Source: a virus (taxonomy: Duplodnaviria; Caudoviricetes). Taken from it: a stretch of DNA of 61,900 bases. The position numbers were made by a program, and so were the translations under genes. The notes under the pieces are model-generated. The model was given only the letters and a program-made list of their open reading frames with translations, was not told where the DNA came from and did no database searches. Each line of letters opens with the position of its first letter. Position 1 is the stretch's first letter. This document shows positions 48,082 through 58,504 of this stretch, one piece after another. The stretch spans positions 1-61,900 of the IMG/VR virus record IMGVR_UViG_3300032227_001666, one strand, 5' to 3'.

Positions 48082-49616
48082 TACTTGCAGCAGGTATTGG
48101 TTCGAGAATGGAAAACCCTGTTATAAACAAGGGTTTGTTGCCAATATCTGGAAAAGCAATAATAACTCATATTATAGAGAATGTGGATTGCGAAGAAATA
48201 ATTATAGCTGTTGGCTATAAGCAAGAACAGGTAAGAGATTATTGTTCTTGTGCTCATCCTAATGCAAATATAAAATTTGTAACAGTAGACAATTTCCAAG
48301 GACCAGGATCTGGACCTGGTTATAGTATGTGGTGTTGTAGAGAATATTTGCAAAAACCTTTTTATTTAGTTACAGCAGATTCTTACTTGGGAGGAAAGAC
48401 ACCTTCTTTGGATTGTGATTGGATAGGCACAGCAAAAGTACCAGATTTAGAAAACTATGCTACTTGTAATGTAGATGAAAATGGAGTTGTTGTTGATTTT
48501 AAAAACAAAGTCAAAGAAGATTATTTTGAATGGGCTTTTACTGGAGTTTTGGGCATAAAAGATTATGAAGGATTTTGGAAAAGATTTGAAGAATATAAAA
48601 ATTTAAATCCAGATAAAGAAGTCGAATTGGTAGGAGCTTTGTACAAGCCTTTTTATAATACTTTATATTCGAAAAATTTGGATTGGGTAGACATAGGTAG
48701 GAAAAGTTTATACAACGAATTTTATTTAAAAAGTAAAAATTTTGCTGAATACAACTTAAAGAAAATTGATATTGAAGAATATATTTATAAAATTAATGAC
48801 TATGTATTAAAAATTACAACAGAAGATAGAATAGAAGCAAAAAAAAAGAGATCTATTAATTTAGAAGGTCTAATACCTGAAATTTGTTGCCATGAATTAA
48901 AAAATGTTTTTTCTTATAAGTTCGTAGAAGGAAAGACTTTATATGAAATGACATCCTTTGAAATATATTCAGATTTTTTAAAATGGCTTGAAACCAATTT
49001 GTTTAATCGTCGAAAAGAAGAGCCAGTTGATTTTAAAAATGCATGTCTAAATTTTTACAGAAAAAAAACATGGAATAGATTAAGGTCTTATTGTCAAAAG
49101 AATAAAGTATCTATGGAAAGATATTTTACAATAAATGGAGATAGATTTAATATAGAAGATTTATGGGAAAAAATTGATTGGAAAAGGCTTTCCGAGAATG
49201 GAATTTGTTATGCTTTTCATGGTGATTTAAACTTTGGAAATGTTATTTATACCAATAATAAAAAGTATGTTCTTATTGATTGGAGAGAAGATTTTAGCGG
49301 TAATAGCAATGGCGATTTGTATTATGATTTAGCAAAGTTATATGCCGGAAGTCTTGTTAATTTTTATATCGCAAACGATAGGATAGATCTGGTTGCAACA
49401 GAAGGACATGCAATCACAACTAGTTATTGTAACACAGCAGAGTCTGAAAAATTTAGATCTTTTTATGAAGAGTGGATTAATAACAATAATTATGATTTGA
49501 AAAAAGTAAGACTTTTGGCTGGGCTTATTATTTTGAGTATGTCTCCATTACATCCAGGAGCATTTGGAGAATATTTATTTTATTTTGGTTTAAGCTTTTT
49601 AAATAACAATTTATAG
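48066..49616 (+). CDS. Nucleotidyltransferase fused to an APH/choline-kinase-like domain
   Basis: ILAAGIGSRM..NKGLLP, WVDIG; HGDLNFGN, LIDWR, YYDLAKL. Confidence 0.85.
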   Translation: MSACLILAAGIGSRMENPVINKGLLPISGKAIITHIIENVDCEEIIIAVGYKQEQVRDYCSCAHPNANIKFVTVDNFQGPGSGPGYSMWCCREYLQKPFYLVTADSYLGGKTPSLDCDWIGTAKVPDLENYATCNVDENGVVVDFKNKVKEDYFEWAFTGVLGIKDYEGFWKRFEEYKNLNPDKEVELVGALYKPFYNTLYSKNLDWVDIGRKSLYNEFYLKSKNFAEYNLKKIDIEEYIYKINDYVLKITTEDRIEAKKKRSINLEGLIPEICCHELKNVFSYKFVEGKTLYEMTSFEIYSDFLKWLETNLFNRRKEEPVDFKNACLNFYRKKTWNRLRSYCQKNKVSMERYFTINGDRFNIEDLWEKIDWKRLSENGICYAFHGDLNFGNVIYTNNKKYVLIDWREDFSGNSNGDLYYDLAKLYAGSLVNFYIANDRIDLVATEGHAITTSYCNTAESEKFRSFYEEWINNNNYDLKKVRLLAGLIILSMSPLHPGAFGEYLFYFGLSFLNNNL

Positions 49617-49623
49617 GGGATTT

Positions 49624-50838
49624 ATGAGTCATTACCTCAAAGAGTGTTTGTGTTGCCAAGGTAAAAACCTAACTAATATATTGAGTTTAAACAGCCAGCC
49701 TTTGGCTAATTCATATGTTCCTGTTGGCGAAAAATTGGAAGTATATCCTTTAGCTGTTAATATATGTGATAATTGTTACCACATGCAGCTATCCTTTATA
49801 GTTGATCCGGATTTGATGTTTAAAAATTATCTATATGTTAGTGGAACTACACAAACACTAAGAGATTATTTTGATTGGTTTGCCAGAAAAGCTGCGTCAG
49901 AAAATCCTTCTGCAACAACTGTTTTGGATATCGCTTGCAATGATGGATCCCAGTTAAATTCTTTTAAAAATATTAGTTATGAAACATATGGAATAGATCC
50001 AGCAGAAAATTTATTGGAAAGAAGTATTTTAAATGGACATAAAGTTGTTTGCGATTATTTCACAAATGATTCTGTTGAAAAATTGAAGTCTAAATTTTCT
50101 ATAGATAGTATTGATATAATAACAGCACAAAATGTTTTTGCACACAACGCAGATCCTTATGGGTTTTTATTAAATTGTAAAAAGCTGATGCATGACGATA
50201 GTAGTTTATATATTCAGACATCTCAGGCTACTATGGTTGAAAATAATCAGTTTGACACAATTTATCATGAGCATGTTAGTTTTTTTAATTTAAATTCTAT
50301 GAAAACCTTGGTTGAAAGAGCAGGTTTGTATTTAAATCATGTTGAGATAACAAGCGTTCATGGAAATTCTTATGTTTTTAAAATAGGTAAAAAATCAAAT
50401 CCTGATTCTTCTGTATTAGACCGATATGAATATGAAAATGCAAAAGGACTATTAAGTCTAGAAACTTATAAAAAATATTCTAAATTTTGCAAGGATATTT
50501 GTAAAGATCTTAAGAATGAAATTAAGAAGTATAGAGAAGAGGGATATGTCGTTGCAGGATACGGCGCTGCGGCAAAAGGTGTTGTGTTGATTAATTTTGC
50601 CAAAATACATTTGGATTTTGTTGTAGATGATAATGCTTTAAAGCATAATTTGTGTATGCCAGGAACAAAAACATTGATTTATTCTCCTCTGCATTTGAAA
50701 GAGTTTTCTGATAAAAAAATGGTGTTATTGCCATTAGCATGGAATTTCTTTGAAGAAATAAAACGAAAAGTAAGTGTAATTGTTGGAGATGATAAAGTTG
50801 TGTTTTTAAAATATTTTCCCAAGGTAGAAGCATGTTAA
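49624..50838 (+). CDS. NDP-hexose C-methyltransferase-like SAM-dependent enzyme
   Basis: CLCC/CDNC zinc site, QPLANS, LDIACNDG, NVFAH, YHEH, GYGAAAKG, LAWNF. Confidence 0.9.
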   Translation: MSHYLKECLCCQGKNLTNILSLNSQPLANSYVPVGEKLEVYPLAVNICDNCYHMQLSFIVDPDLMFKNYLYVSGTTQTLRDYFDWFARKAASENPSATTVLDIACNDGSQLNSFKNISYETYGIDPAENLLERSILNGHKVVCDYFTNDSVEKLKSKFSIDSIDIITAQNVFAHNADPYGFLLNCKKLMHDDSSLYIQTSQATMVENNQFDTIYHEHVSFFNLNSMKTLVERAGLYLNHVEITSVHGNSYVFKIGKKSNPDSSVLDRYEYENAKGLLSLETYKKYSKFCKDICKDLKNEIKKYREEGYVVAGYGAAAKGVVLINFAKIHLDFVVDDNALKHNLCMPGTKTLIYSPLHLKEFSDKKMVLLPLAWNFFEEIKRKVSVIVGDDKVVFLKYFPKVEAC

Positions 50839-51737
50839 AAGTTTTACTACTTGGTTCTAATGGTTATATTGGAAGCAAGTTTTATACAGATTATAAATTT
50901 GATTACAAATTTTCTTTAATTGATTCTTGTTGGCATGATGAACCATTGTTTTCAAATACAATTCAATTAAATTATAAAGAATTACCAAGTTCTTTTATTC
51001 AAGAATTTGATGCAGTTGTATTATTGGCAGCACATAGTAGTGTGCCAATGTGCAAAGGAGATTTTTTAGATTCATATAAAAATAATGTAGACAATTTTGT
51101 AAACTTAGTATCAAAATTAGATAAAAAACAAAAATTTATTTATGCTAGTAGTTCTAGTGTTTATGGAGTTGTAGATTCTCCTGTTTCTGAAAATCATCTT
51201 TGCTTTGAAACATATGAAAATTATGATACGCAAAAAATTATTACTGATTTAATAGTTAGCAAAATGGGATTAAAGTATTATGGTTTGAGATTTGGAACAG
51301 TAAACGGATACTCTTCACACACAAGAGATGATATTATGTTAAATGTAATGACTAAATCAGCTATAGAAAAAGGCGAGGTAAATATATTTAATCCAGATAC
51401 AAAAAGACCTATTTTAGCAGTTGGAGATCTAAGCAGAGCAATAGCAAAAATAATTAACACAGATTCTGATAACTTTGGCATTTACAACCTTGCATCTTTT
51501 AATTCAAATGTAAAAGAATTGGGTTTAATTGTTTCTAATTTCTTTAAAGTTGATTTAAAAGATCATGGAGATAATGGAAATAAAACTTATGATTTTGCAA
51601 TTGATTCAACTAAATTTATAAATGATTTTGATTTTGCTTTTGAATATGATGCTGTAAAAATTATAGAAGAATTAAAAAATAATTATAGTAACATAAAATG
51701 GACAAGTAGAAAATTAAACAAGAAAGAATATATCTAG
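50832..51737 (+). CDS. NAD-dependent sugar epimerase/dehydratase/reductase (extended SDR)
   Basis: GSNGYIG, YASSSSVYG, YDTQK, LRFGTV motifs. Confidence 0.9.
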   Translation: MLKVLLLGSNGYIGSKFYTDYKFDYKFSLIDSCWHDEPLFSNTIQLNYKELPSSFIQEFDAVVLLAAHSSVPMCKGDFLDSYKNNVDNFVNLVSKLDKKQKFIYASSSSVYGVVDSPVSENHLCFETYENYDTQKIITDLIVSKMGLKYYGLRFGTVNGYSSHTRDDIMLNVMTKSAIEKGEVNIFNPDTKRPILAVGDLSRAIAKIINTDSDNFGIYNLASFNSNVKELGLIVSNFFKVDLKDHGDNGNKTYDFAIDSTKFINDFDFAFEYDAVKIIEELKNNYSNIKWTSRKLNKKEYI

Positions 51738-51741
51738 TATT

Positions 51742-52455
51742 ATGAGAACTGTTATAATGCATTTTTATAATGAAGAATATCTTCTTCCTTGGTGGTTAAA
51801 ACATCATAGGAAATATTTTGATCATGGCATATTGATAGACTACGACAGTACAGACAATTCTGTAAAAATTTGTAAAGACATTTGTCCTACTTGGGAGATT
51901 GTTAAAACAAGAAATGCTAACTTTGATGCTATACAATTAGATGCTGAAATTATGGAGATAGAAAGAAGAGTATCTGATTGGCGTATTGTTTTAAATACAA
52001 CTGAATTTTTAATAGGTGACTATGAATGGTTGTATAAAACTCCAGAGAGCAGATTTGTAGTTAAATCTTATATAATGACAGATCCAATTGATTATCCTGA
52101 ATATAATCCTTCTTATGATGAGGATTTGTGGAATAAAAATTATTATGGATATTTTGACAACACATACAGAAAAGGAAGATTGATTAACAAAAATCCAAGT
52201 AGTTATAGTCCTGGTCGTCATTTTACAGATTACAACACTGATAAATTGTGTATTTTGTGGTATGCATTTTCACCTTGGAACGATAGAACAAAACAAAGAA
52301 AGTTGCAAATACAAACCAGAATACCAGAAAGCAATTATGCTGCTGGAATGGGATATCATCACAGAACAAGTTTAGAGAATTTAGAAAATAATTATAAATC
52401 TCATGCGTCTAACACAAAAGATTTAAGAGATCTTATTAATAGTACAATTGTTTAA
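51742..52455 (+). CDS. Glycosyltransferase family 2-like protein
   Basis: YNEEYLLPWWLKHH, IDYDSTD, LNTTEF, PGRH motifs. Confidence 0.8.
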   Translation: MRTVIMHFYNEEYLLPWWLKHHRKYFDHGILIDYDSTDNSVKICKDICPTWEIVKTRNANFDAIQLDAEIMEIERRVSDWRIVLNTTEFLIGDYEWLYKTPESRFVVKSYIMTDPIDYPEYNPSYDEDLWNKNYYGYFDNTYRKGRLINKNPSSYSPGRHFTDYNTDKLCILWYAFSPWNDRTKQRKLQIQTRIPESNYAAGMGYHHRTSLENLENNYKSHASNTKDLRDLINSTIV

Positions 52456-52457
52456 TA

Positions 52458-53075
52458 TTAATTGTGTATAAACAAGTATTGATCTACTTTTATCGGAGTT
52501 GTTTTTTCTGCTATTTTGCTAGCATAAATTCCATCAGCGCAGGCTATGAAATCTGTCCAAGGAGTAGATTTAACCAAATCCATTCTACTAATAAAGGCTC
52601 CCATATCAATTCCATTTACTCCTGGTCTTGTGTTAAACAATCTCCATCCATGATGTGAATGAATCATATTGCATAAAACCATTCCTGAATTGTTTTTTAC
52701 ACCTTCACTTACCATTATTTTAAAAAAGTCTGGTGTGTAATAATTATCTTCGTTTGTGAACAAAACCCAATCGGCATGTGGTTCAATCATAGCCGTTGGA
52801 TGGCGATGATGGAATCCCCAACATCCTCTTTTAGGAAGATTGTCTAGAAATGTTATTTTTGGACTTAGATTTCTAAATTTGTTGGCAAGATTTGGGTCGG
52901 AAACCGGACCATCGTGATGAATAAAAATTTCAAAATTATTGTATGTTTGAGCTAATAAAGAATGAACACAGCAAAAAGCAGCATCAATTATTCTTGGATT
53001 GCCATTAAGATATGCAGATACAACTGCTCTTATCTTTGGATTTCCTGGAACATTAATATGATTGTATCTTGCCAT
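52458..53075 (-). CDS. Glycosyltransferase family 2 protein
   Basis: SLLAQTY.NFE, HDG, NEDNYY, IDMG, ADG motifs. Confidence 0.8.
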   Translation of the reverse strand: MARYNHINVPGNPKIRAVVSAYLNGNPRIIDAAFCCVHSLLAQTYNNFEIFIHHDGPVSDPNLANKFRNLSPKITFLDNLPKRGCWGFHHRHPTAMIEPHADWVLFTNEDNYYTPDFFKIMVSEGVKNNSGMVLCNMIHSHHGWRLFNTRPGVNGIDMGAFISRMDLVKSTPWTDFIACADGIYASKIAEKTTPIKVDQYLFIHN

Positions 53076-53122
53076 TTTTGTCCAATCTTTTGGTAGTAAA
53101 ATTTGATACTTAAGTATATAAT

Positions 53123-54223
53123 ATGTATATGATTATTTTATTTAATTTAAAATGTACTCCACATAGAATGACACCCTACAATCGTGTAGGATTGCCAATG
53201 GATGGCCGCCTTGAAGTATTTAAATATTCTATTGCAAGCCATGCTATTTTAGATAAGCTTGTTTCAAAATATCTATTTTATGTTACATTGGAAAAAGAAT
53301 GGGAACATAGAAAAGATGATTTAGAAAATTATATTTATCAAACTATAAACAATGATAAATTAGAAATTGTATGGAAAAGGAATGAAACAGTAGAAGAATG
53401 GCAACAGGTTTGTCATTATATGGATACTATCGATGATAAGACAATATGGTTTGCAGGAAATGATGACCACATATTTATGGATTATGATCTTACTTGTGTT
53501 TATCATGGAATGAAAGCTTTAGAAGAAGATGCTAATCCACATGCAGCAATGTTTTATTCTCATTGGTTTGAAACTATTCGTGTTGCAAATAGAAACAAAG
53601 CAACATTACATCCTTCTGGACATGTTGTAAGCTTCCCTTGGGCTATTCATGATAGCATTCGATTGGTTAGAAAAGAATTATGGAAGCATTATTGGTTTTC
53701 TTGGGATTTTAGACCACACAATGGACATCTTGGCAGAGTTGATATGATTAAGAATTGGACCGGAGATGGAATAATGACAAATTGTTATATTCCAACTAGA
53801 GAACTTTGCAGACATTATGATGGGCATTCACATGTAGGAGATTTGTTTAATCATGGACCGCCTATTCAAATACCTGAAGGATTTTTTGAGAAAAAAATGA
53901 AAATTAGATATGGATGGAACGATGGTTATAAGGAAGGGTATGTAAATGTAAATCCTATGGGTGCAAATCTAAAGACAAAAGATAAGGTAAACGGTTTTGA
54001 TTATAAGTTTAGCTTAGACAGACTTCCTTTGTTCTGGTATGGACACATAGAGCAAGTTGTTCCTGCTCATGGTATTGATGAAACGGCTATGAAAAAGGCA
54101 TACGAAAATCATTTCATAGAGTCAACCAAAATACCAATGAATACATATCTTATGGGATTTTCACCAGAAGATCATCCTCCTTTAAGCTGGTTCAACAAAC
54201 ACTTGGAATTTTTTAAAGGCTAA
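53123..54223 (+). CDS. Putative glycosyltransferase-like protein
   Basis: GNDDHIF acidic motif, RHYDG; cluster context. Confidence 0.5.
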   Translation: MYMIILFNLKCTPHRMTPYNRVGLPMDGRLEVFKYSIASHAILDKLVSKYLFYVTLEKEWEHRKDDLENYIYQTINNDKLEIVWKRNETVEEWQQVCHYMDTIDDKTIWFAGNDDHIFMDYDLTCVYHGMKALEEDANPHAAMFYSHWFETIRVANRNKATLHPSGHVVSFPWAIHDSIRLVRKELWKHYWFSWDFRPHNGHLGRVDMIKNWTGDGIMTNCYIPTRELCRHYDGHSHVGDLFNHGPPIQIPEGFFEKKMKIRYGWNDGYKEGYVNVNPMGANLKTKDKVNGFDYKFSLDRLPLFWYGHIEQVVPAHGIDETAMKKAYENHFIESTKIPMNTYLMGFSPEDHPPLSWFNKHLEFFKG

Positions 54224-54278
54224 AAAGTCTTGATTTGATTTTCCAAATCCCTAGAATTAACTATAGGGAGCACGGAGA

Positions 54279-54860
54279 ATGTTTGTGATTTCTGAAAAGT
54301 TTATTAAAAAATATATGCGTCTTGCTAAGCAATTTGGCGAGGACTTAAATCCTTGTTATTCAAGAAAAATTGGCGTTATAATAGTCGATCCTGTAATTAA
54401 CAAGATAGTTGCAACCGGATACAATGGTCCTCCCAGAGGAACTCCCCATTGCGACTCTGCCGAACATTTAAAAAATATTGTGTATCCTCAGTTAACTACG
54501 GAAGAAAAAAAATATTTAGATTTACCAGAAGACACAGAAGAAAATTTTGTATCTAAATACGCCAATTGTCAAACTTGCCCTAGAAAGCTTATAAAAGCTG
54601 AATCAGGTAAAAGATTGGAGTTGTGTAGCTGTGCACACGCAGAAGTCAATGCTATAGTTAATGCTAGCCAAAACATTCATGGATGTGTTATGTTTTGCTG
54701 GTGTCCAGTACCCTGTATTGAATGTACAAAAATTGTAATTAATGCAGGAATAAAAGAAGCTTGGTGTTTTAAAGAAGCTAAAGATTATTCTGTGGGTAGC
54801 CGTTATTTGTTTGAACAAGCAAAAGTAAAAATAAATGAAATTGAAAAGAATGATTACTGA
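54279..54860 (+). CDS. dCMP deaminase
   Basis: C.SRKIG, TGYNG, HAEVNAI, PCIEC motifs. Confidence 0.92.
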   Translation: MFVISEKFIKKYMRLAKQFGEDLNPCYSRKIGVIIVDPVINKIVATGYNGPPRGTPHCDSAEHLKNIVYPQLTTEEKKYLDLPEDTEENFVSKYANCQTCPRKLIKAESGKRLELCSCAHAEVNAIVNASQNIHGCVMFCWCPVPCIECTKIVINAGIKEAWCFKEAKDYSVGSRYLFEQAKVKINEIEKNDY

Positions 54861-54886
54861 TAACTAAATTAATTTTAGAGGTTAAA

Positions 54887-55675
54887 ATGAGTTTTGAAGT
54901 AGTTTATAATTTTTATAATAAAAAAGACAATTCTTTTGACTATGATAGAGATGTATCTAGTCAATATAAAAAAATATATGGAAAGCTAGAGGAAGATTAC
55001 CCTCTAGAGAAGCTTGCAAGCAATATTATGCAACAAATGGCTCGTAGGGATATTTTTGTTTTTGATGTAGAGATATTTGAATTTGCGAAAAAGAAAATAA
55101 CTTTCAAACAGAACAAGGCTGATTTGGTTATCAAAAATAAAAAGTTTTCGACCAAGACAGGTTTGTACAATGGTATAGAGTATGAAGAAGAAGTAAGTCA
55201 ACCTTCTAGTCAGCCACATCAAAATCAATTGCCGGCAGAGTATGACACATGCTCTCAGAATGTTCCATCTCCCCCTCCGCAAACAAATATTGTTCAAACA
55301 ACTAATATGCCAGCTATAAACCTTGCTCCAAGAGTACAGGTTGTTAATCCAAACGCTCCTAGAAAAATTGTTCGAATGGTTGTGTTTGATCCAGCTAATC
55401 CAAACGAAAGAGCAAAGTTTCCCTACAAGTTTACTCCTAATAAAAAGTATCCTGTTTATAGGGAAAGAATTGCACCAAATGGAATTGGTATGTCAATAGA
55501 AACTATTGATGATTTGAATAATCCTGTTACAGTTATTGATGAATTGTTTGTTACTGAGGATGCCAATTTAATTGGCGATAATGATGTTGGATTTAGCACA
55601 AACAAAAGTGGTTTGAGAGATGATACACTTAATTGGTCTGGCGTTATAAAAGATAGCGTTCCAAAATTAAGGTGA
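54887..55675 (+). CDS. Hypothetical protein (two domains with a P/Q-rich linker)
   Basis: ORF with GAGG RBS. Confidence 0.7.
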   Translation: MSFEVVYNFYNKKDNSFDYDRDVSSQYKKIYGKLEEDYPLEKLASNIMQQMARRDIFVFDVEIFEFAKKKITFKQNKADLVIKNKKFSTKTGLYNGIEYEEEVSQPSSQPHQNQLPAEYDTCSQNVPSPPPQTNIVQTTNMPAINLAPRVQVVNPNAPRKIVRMVVFDPANPNERAKFPYKFTPNKKYPVYRERIAPNGIGMSIETIDDLNNPVTVIDELFVTEDANLIGDNDVGFSTNKSGLRDDTLNWSGVIKDSVPKLR

Positions 55676-55723
55676 GTCGGCAGAGGCTGTTAATATCAGT
55701 TGATATTATTAAAGGAGATATTT

Positions 55724-56110
55724 ATGTCTAAGAAAAATAGTAGTCAAAAAAAGGTTTCACAAAAAAGAGCCAGAACAAAAGCTGTCAAGAAGAAAATTCG
55801 AGAAGCTCGTTTGGTTGTAAGAAAAGAAAATAAGATGGAATTTATTAGAGAGCAAGCTTTTGAAAGAGAATTTAAAGAAAAGCAAAATTTGAATTTAAGT
55901 CCCGAAGAAGTCAGGGCGACCATAGAGCATAATATGAAAATGTTAACGGCTATAAATGAAAATGCTACTCAAGAACAAGTAGCAAGAATGGAAGCAATTA
56001 AGAAAGCTCAAGAACAAATGAAGCAACTTGAGGAAATTGAAGCCAAAAGGAAGTTGGAAGCAGTTCCGGCAGAAAAAAATCCAGAAGATGCGGGAAAACC
56101 TGTGGAATAA
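55724..56110 (+). CDS. Hypothetical coiled-coil protein with basic N-terminus
   Basis: AAGGAG RBS before ATG 55724. Confidence 0.7.
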   Translation: MSKKNSSQKKVSQKRARTKAVKKKIREARLVVRKENKMEFIREQAFEREFKEKQNLNLSPEEVRATIEHNMKMLTAINENATQEQVARMEAIKKAQEQMKQLEEIEAKRKLEAVPAEKNPEDAGKPVE

Positions 56111-56160
56111 AAAAATTCCATACCTATAATAGATAAAAGAGAGGCAAAGTTGCTCCTCTA

Positions 56161-56215
56161 TTTTTGGTGTGTAGCCAAAAAAACTTTTTACTTTTTTACT
56201 TTTTTGTTACAGGAG
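56161..56215 (+). promoter_or_regulatory. Candidate translational operator of the SSB gene
   Basis: TTTTTGG/CCAAAAA hairpin, then ACTTTTT(T) x3 ending 5 nt before the AGGAG RBS. Confidence 0.4.
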
Positions 56216-56223
56216 TTACGATT

Positions 56224-57165
56224 ATGACTGATTTCAATATTGCTGATTTGGATATGAATGAGATGCAAGCAGAATCTGCTGCGCTCAATAAGACTGAAAA
56301 CCGGGCTATGGACGCATATGTCAAGATGCCCGAGAAGGAAGGCTATGTTCTTTTGCGCCTTCTGCCCGCTTTGAAGGGCAAGCCTCATTTTGTAGCAACC
56401 CGCATTCACCGATTGGGTCAGAGCAGCTTCCATTGCTCCAGAGTCCGCACACATACCCCCAAGGGTATTATGTGGATTAACGGTACTGGCAATCCCAAGG
56501 ATGATTGTCCTATTTGTGCTGAATATTCTCGCTTGTGGAAAGTGAGCAACAATCAGCATGGGGATGAGCAACAGCGCACACAAGCTGAAGCCCGTAACCT
56601 TAAGCCGATTGAGCGTTATTATTGGAACGCCATTGTCCGCCAGCAAATGGGCAGGAGCGGTATTGAGAAGAATGTTGGACCCAAGATTTATTCTTGTGGC
56701 AAGGTTGTTCAAACCATTATTGCAGACAATATTAGTGGAAATGAAACCACTGGTATTCGTCGTCTTGGCAACATTCTTCACCCTCTTGAAGGTCGTGATT
56801 TCCGACTCGTCAAGAAGATCTCCAAGGGCAATGGGAATTACGAGTATCCCAACTATGCCCAATCTACTTTTGATGAGGTTTCTCGTCTGGGAACAGATGA
56901 AGACATTAAGGCTTGGCTGGCTGAACTTCATGATCTTGAAAATCTGCGTGATGTGAAGTCAAGAGAGGTCTTGATTGCTGCTCTTCGTGAATACAAGAGT
57001 GGCGGACAAGAGAGTGCAGATGTGTGGGACGAAACAGCCAAACAGCCTGTTTCTAAAGTTGCTGCCAAGGCTCCAACAAAACCTGCAGTTAATGTAGAAG
57101 ATCTTGGTGTTGACCTTAATATGGATGGCGACCTTATGGACGCTCTTGGTGGTCTAGACGGCTGA
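56224..57165 (+). CDS. Single-stranded DNA-binding protein (T4 gp32-like)
   Basis: LRLLP, H/C/CPIC zinc ligands, RYYWN, GRDF, YPNYAQS, acidic C-terminal tail. Confidence 0.88.
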   Translation: MTDFNIADLDMNEMQAESAALNKTENRAMDAYVKMPEKEGYVLLRLLPALKGKPHFVATRIHRLGQSSFHCSRVRTHTPKGIMWINGTGNPKDDCPICAEYSRLWKVSNNQHGDEQQRTQAEARNLKPIERYYWNAIVRQQMGRSGIEKNVGPKIYSCGKVVQTIIADNISGNETTGIRRLGNILHPLEGRDFRLVKKISKGNGNYEYPNYAQSTFDEVSRLGTDEDIKAWLAELHDLENLRDVKSREVLIAALREYKSGGQESADVWDETAKQPVSKVAAKAPTKPAVNVEDLGVDLNMDGDLMDALGGLDG

Positions 57166-57181
57166 TTTGTTTGAAATTTTT

Positions 57182-57217
57182 AAGCGGTCCAAGGAAAATT
57201 CTTGGACCGCTTTTTTT
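57182..57217 (+). terminator. Intrinsic terminator
   Basis: AAGCGGTCCAAG / CTTGGACCGCTT stem followed by a T-run. Confidence 0.85.
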
Positions 57218-57220
57218 CTA

Positions 57221-57248
57221 TAGACTTTAATTTAAAATCTGGTATAAT
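57221..57248 (+). promoter_or_regulatory. Sigma70-like promoter of the recA-like gene
   Basis: TAGACT-16 nt-TATAAT with extended -10 TG. Confidence 0.55.
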
Positions 57249-57276
57249 AGAACAAAACAACTGGAGTATAAGTGTT

Positions 57277-58494
57277 ATGGCACGGAAAAAAGAAATAGCA
57301 GAAGACGATATTTTCTCGCAGCTTGCGAGTGAAACTGGTGGAGAAGTAGTTGGCGAAGGTGAAAAAGCTTCTAAATATTTTATTGATACTGGCAATTTAG
57401 CAATTAATTATTGTTGTTCTGGCAAGTTTATGACTGGCGGTATTCCCGGTGGTCGTCTTACCGAAATTTATGGTCCTAGTGCAAGCTCTAAGTCTCTTCT
57501 TGGCACCAATCTTTTGTTCGGATGTCAAAAACTTGGTGGCGTTCCGATTCTTATCGATAGCGAAAATGCTATTAATAAGGATTTTATTAAGAAAGCATCA
57601 CATGCAGATTTGAACAAGATTGTCAGATATACCCCAGAAACTCTGGAAAAGTGTTTCCATGTAATGTATAGAGCTATTGAAGTTGTTCGTTCTAATAAGA
57701 AGTATGAAGACAAGCCAATAGTAATTGTTTACGATTCCATTTCTGTAAGCCCTTGCGGAAGAGAATTCCGTGAAACAGAATTGCCAGATGATTTTACCAA
57801 AGAACAATTTAAGAAGATTGTTGGTGGCAATGAACAACCGGGTGAAAGAGCAAAGATTTGCTCTAAAGAACTTCGTAAGCTTAATACAGTAATGGAAGAA
57901 AACAATGTATCTGTTGTTATTATGAACCAAATTAGAGATAAGATAGGGGTCCTTTATGGGTCGCCAGAAACTACCGCTGGTGGTGGTAATGCATTGCCAT
58001 TTTATGCTTCTTTGAGATTTAGAACACAGACCCAGAAGAAGATTGAACAGAAGGTTCAGGGTTTGGCTAAGAAGAAGACCATTGGAATCAATATTAAGAT
58101 TCAGAACAAGAAGAATCGTAGTGTAAGACCATTCATTGAAGTTGAAAACATTCCTCTTTTCTTTGAAACTGGCATTAATCCTTTGGGAGGATTGCTTGGA
58201 GCCCTGTTAGATGCCGATAGAATCATCGCTTCTGGGGCTGGAAACTTCAAAGTCAAGCCAGAGTATGCCGATGGAAGAGATGATGTTAAATTCAAATCTA
58301 GCATGGAAAGAAACGATGTTCCTATTGACATTCTTTTAGAGTGTCCGGCTTTAATTGATGGAGTAACTAAGGAAGATGTTCTTGCATATTTAGAGCCTTT
58401 TAGAGAAGCCATTAGGGCTAGCGATAGTCCCGATGTGGAAGCGTTTGATGTTGGTGATTCTGGGGATGATGAAATCGACAACATTTTGGGGTAA
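57277..58494 (+). CDS. RecA/UvsX-like recombinase
   Basis: IDTG, GGIPGGRLTEIYG, DSE, YDSI, NQIR, GGNALPFYAS motifs; Walker A variant GPSASSKS. Confidence 0.93.
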   Translation: MARKKEIAEDDIFSQLASETGGEVVGEGEKASKYFIDTGNLAINYCCSGKFMTGGIPGGRLTEIYGPSASSKSLLGTNLLFGCQKLGGVPILIDSENAINKDFIKKASHADLNKIVRYTPETLEKCFHVMYRAIEVVRSNKKYEDKPIVIVYDSISVSPCGREFRETELPDDFTKEQFKKIVGGNEQPGERAKICSKELRKLNTVMEENNVSVVIMNQIRDKIGVLYGSPETTAGGGNALPFYASLRFRTQTQKKIEQKVQGLAKKKTIGINIKIQNKKNRSVRPFIEVENIPLFFETGINPLGGLLGALLDADRIIASGAGNFKVKPEYADGRDDVKFKSSMERNDVPIDILLECPALIDGVTKEDVLAYLEPFREAIRASDSPDVEAFDVGDSGDDEIDNILG

Positions 58495-58504
58495 GGAGCA
58501 GAAC

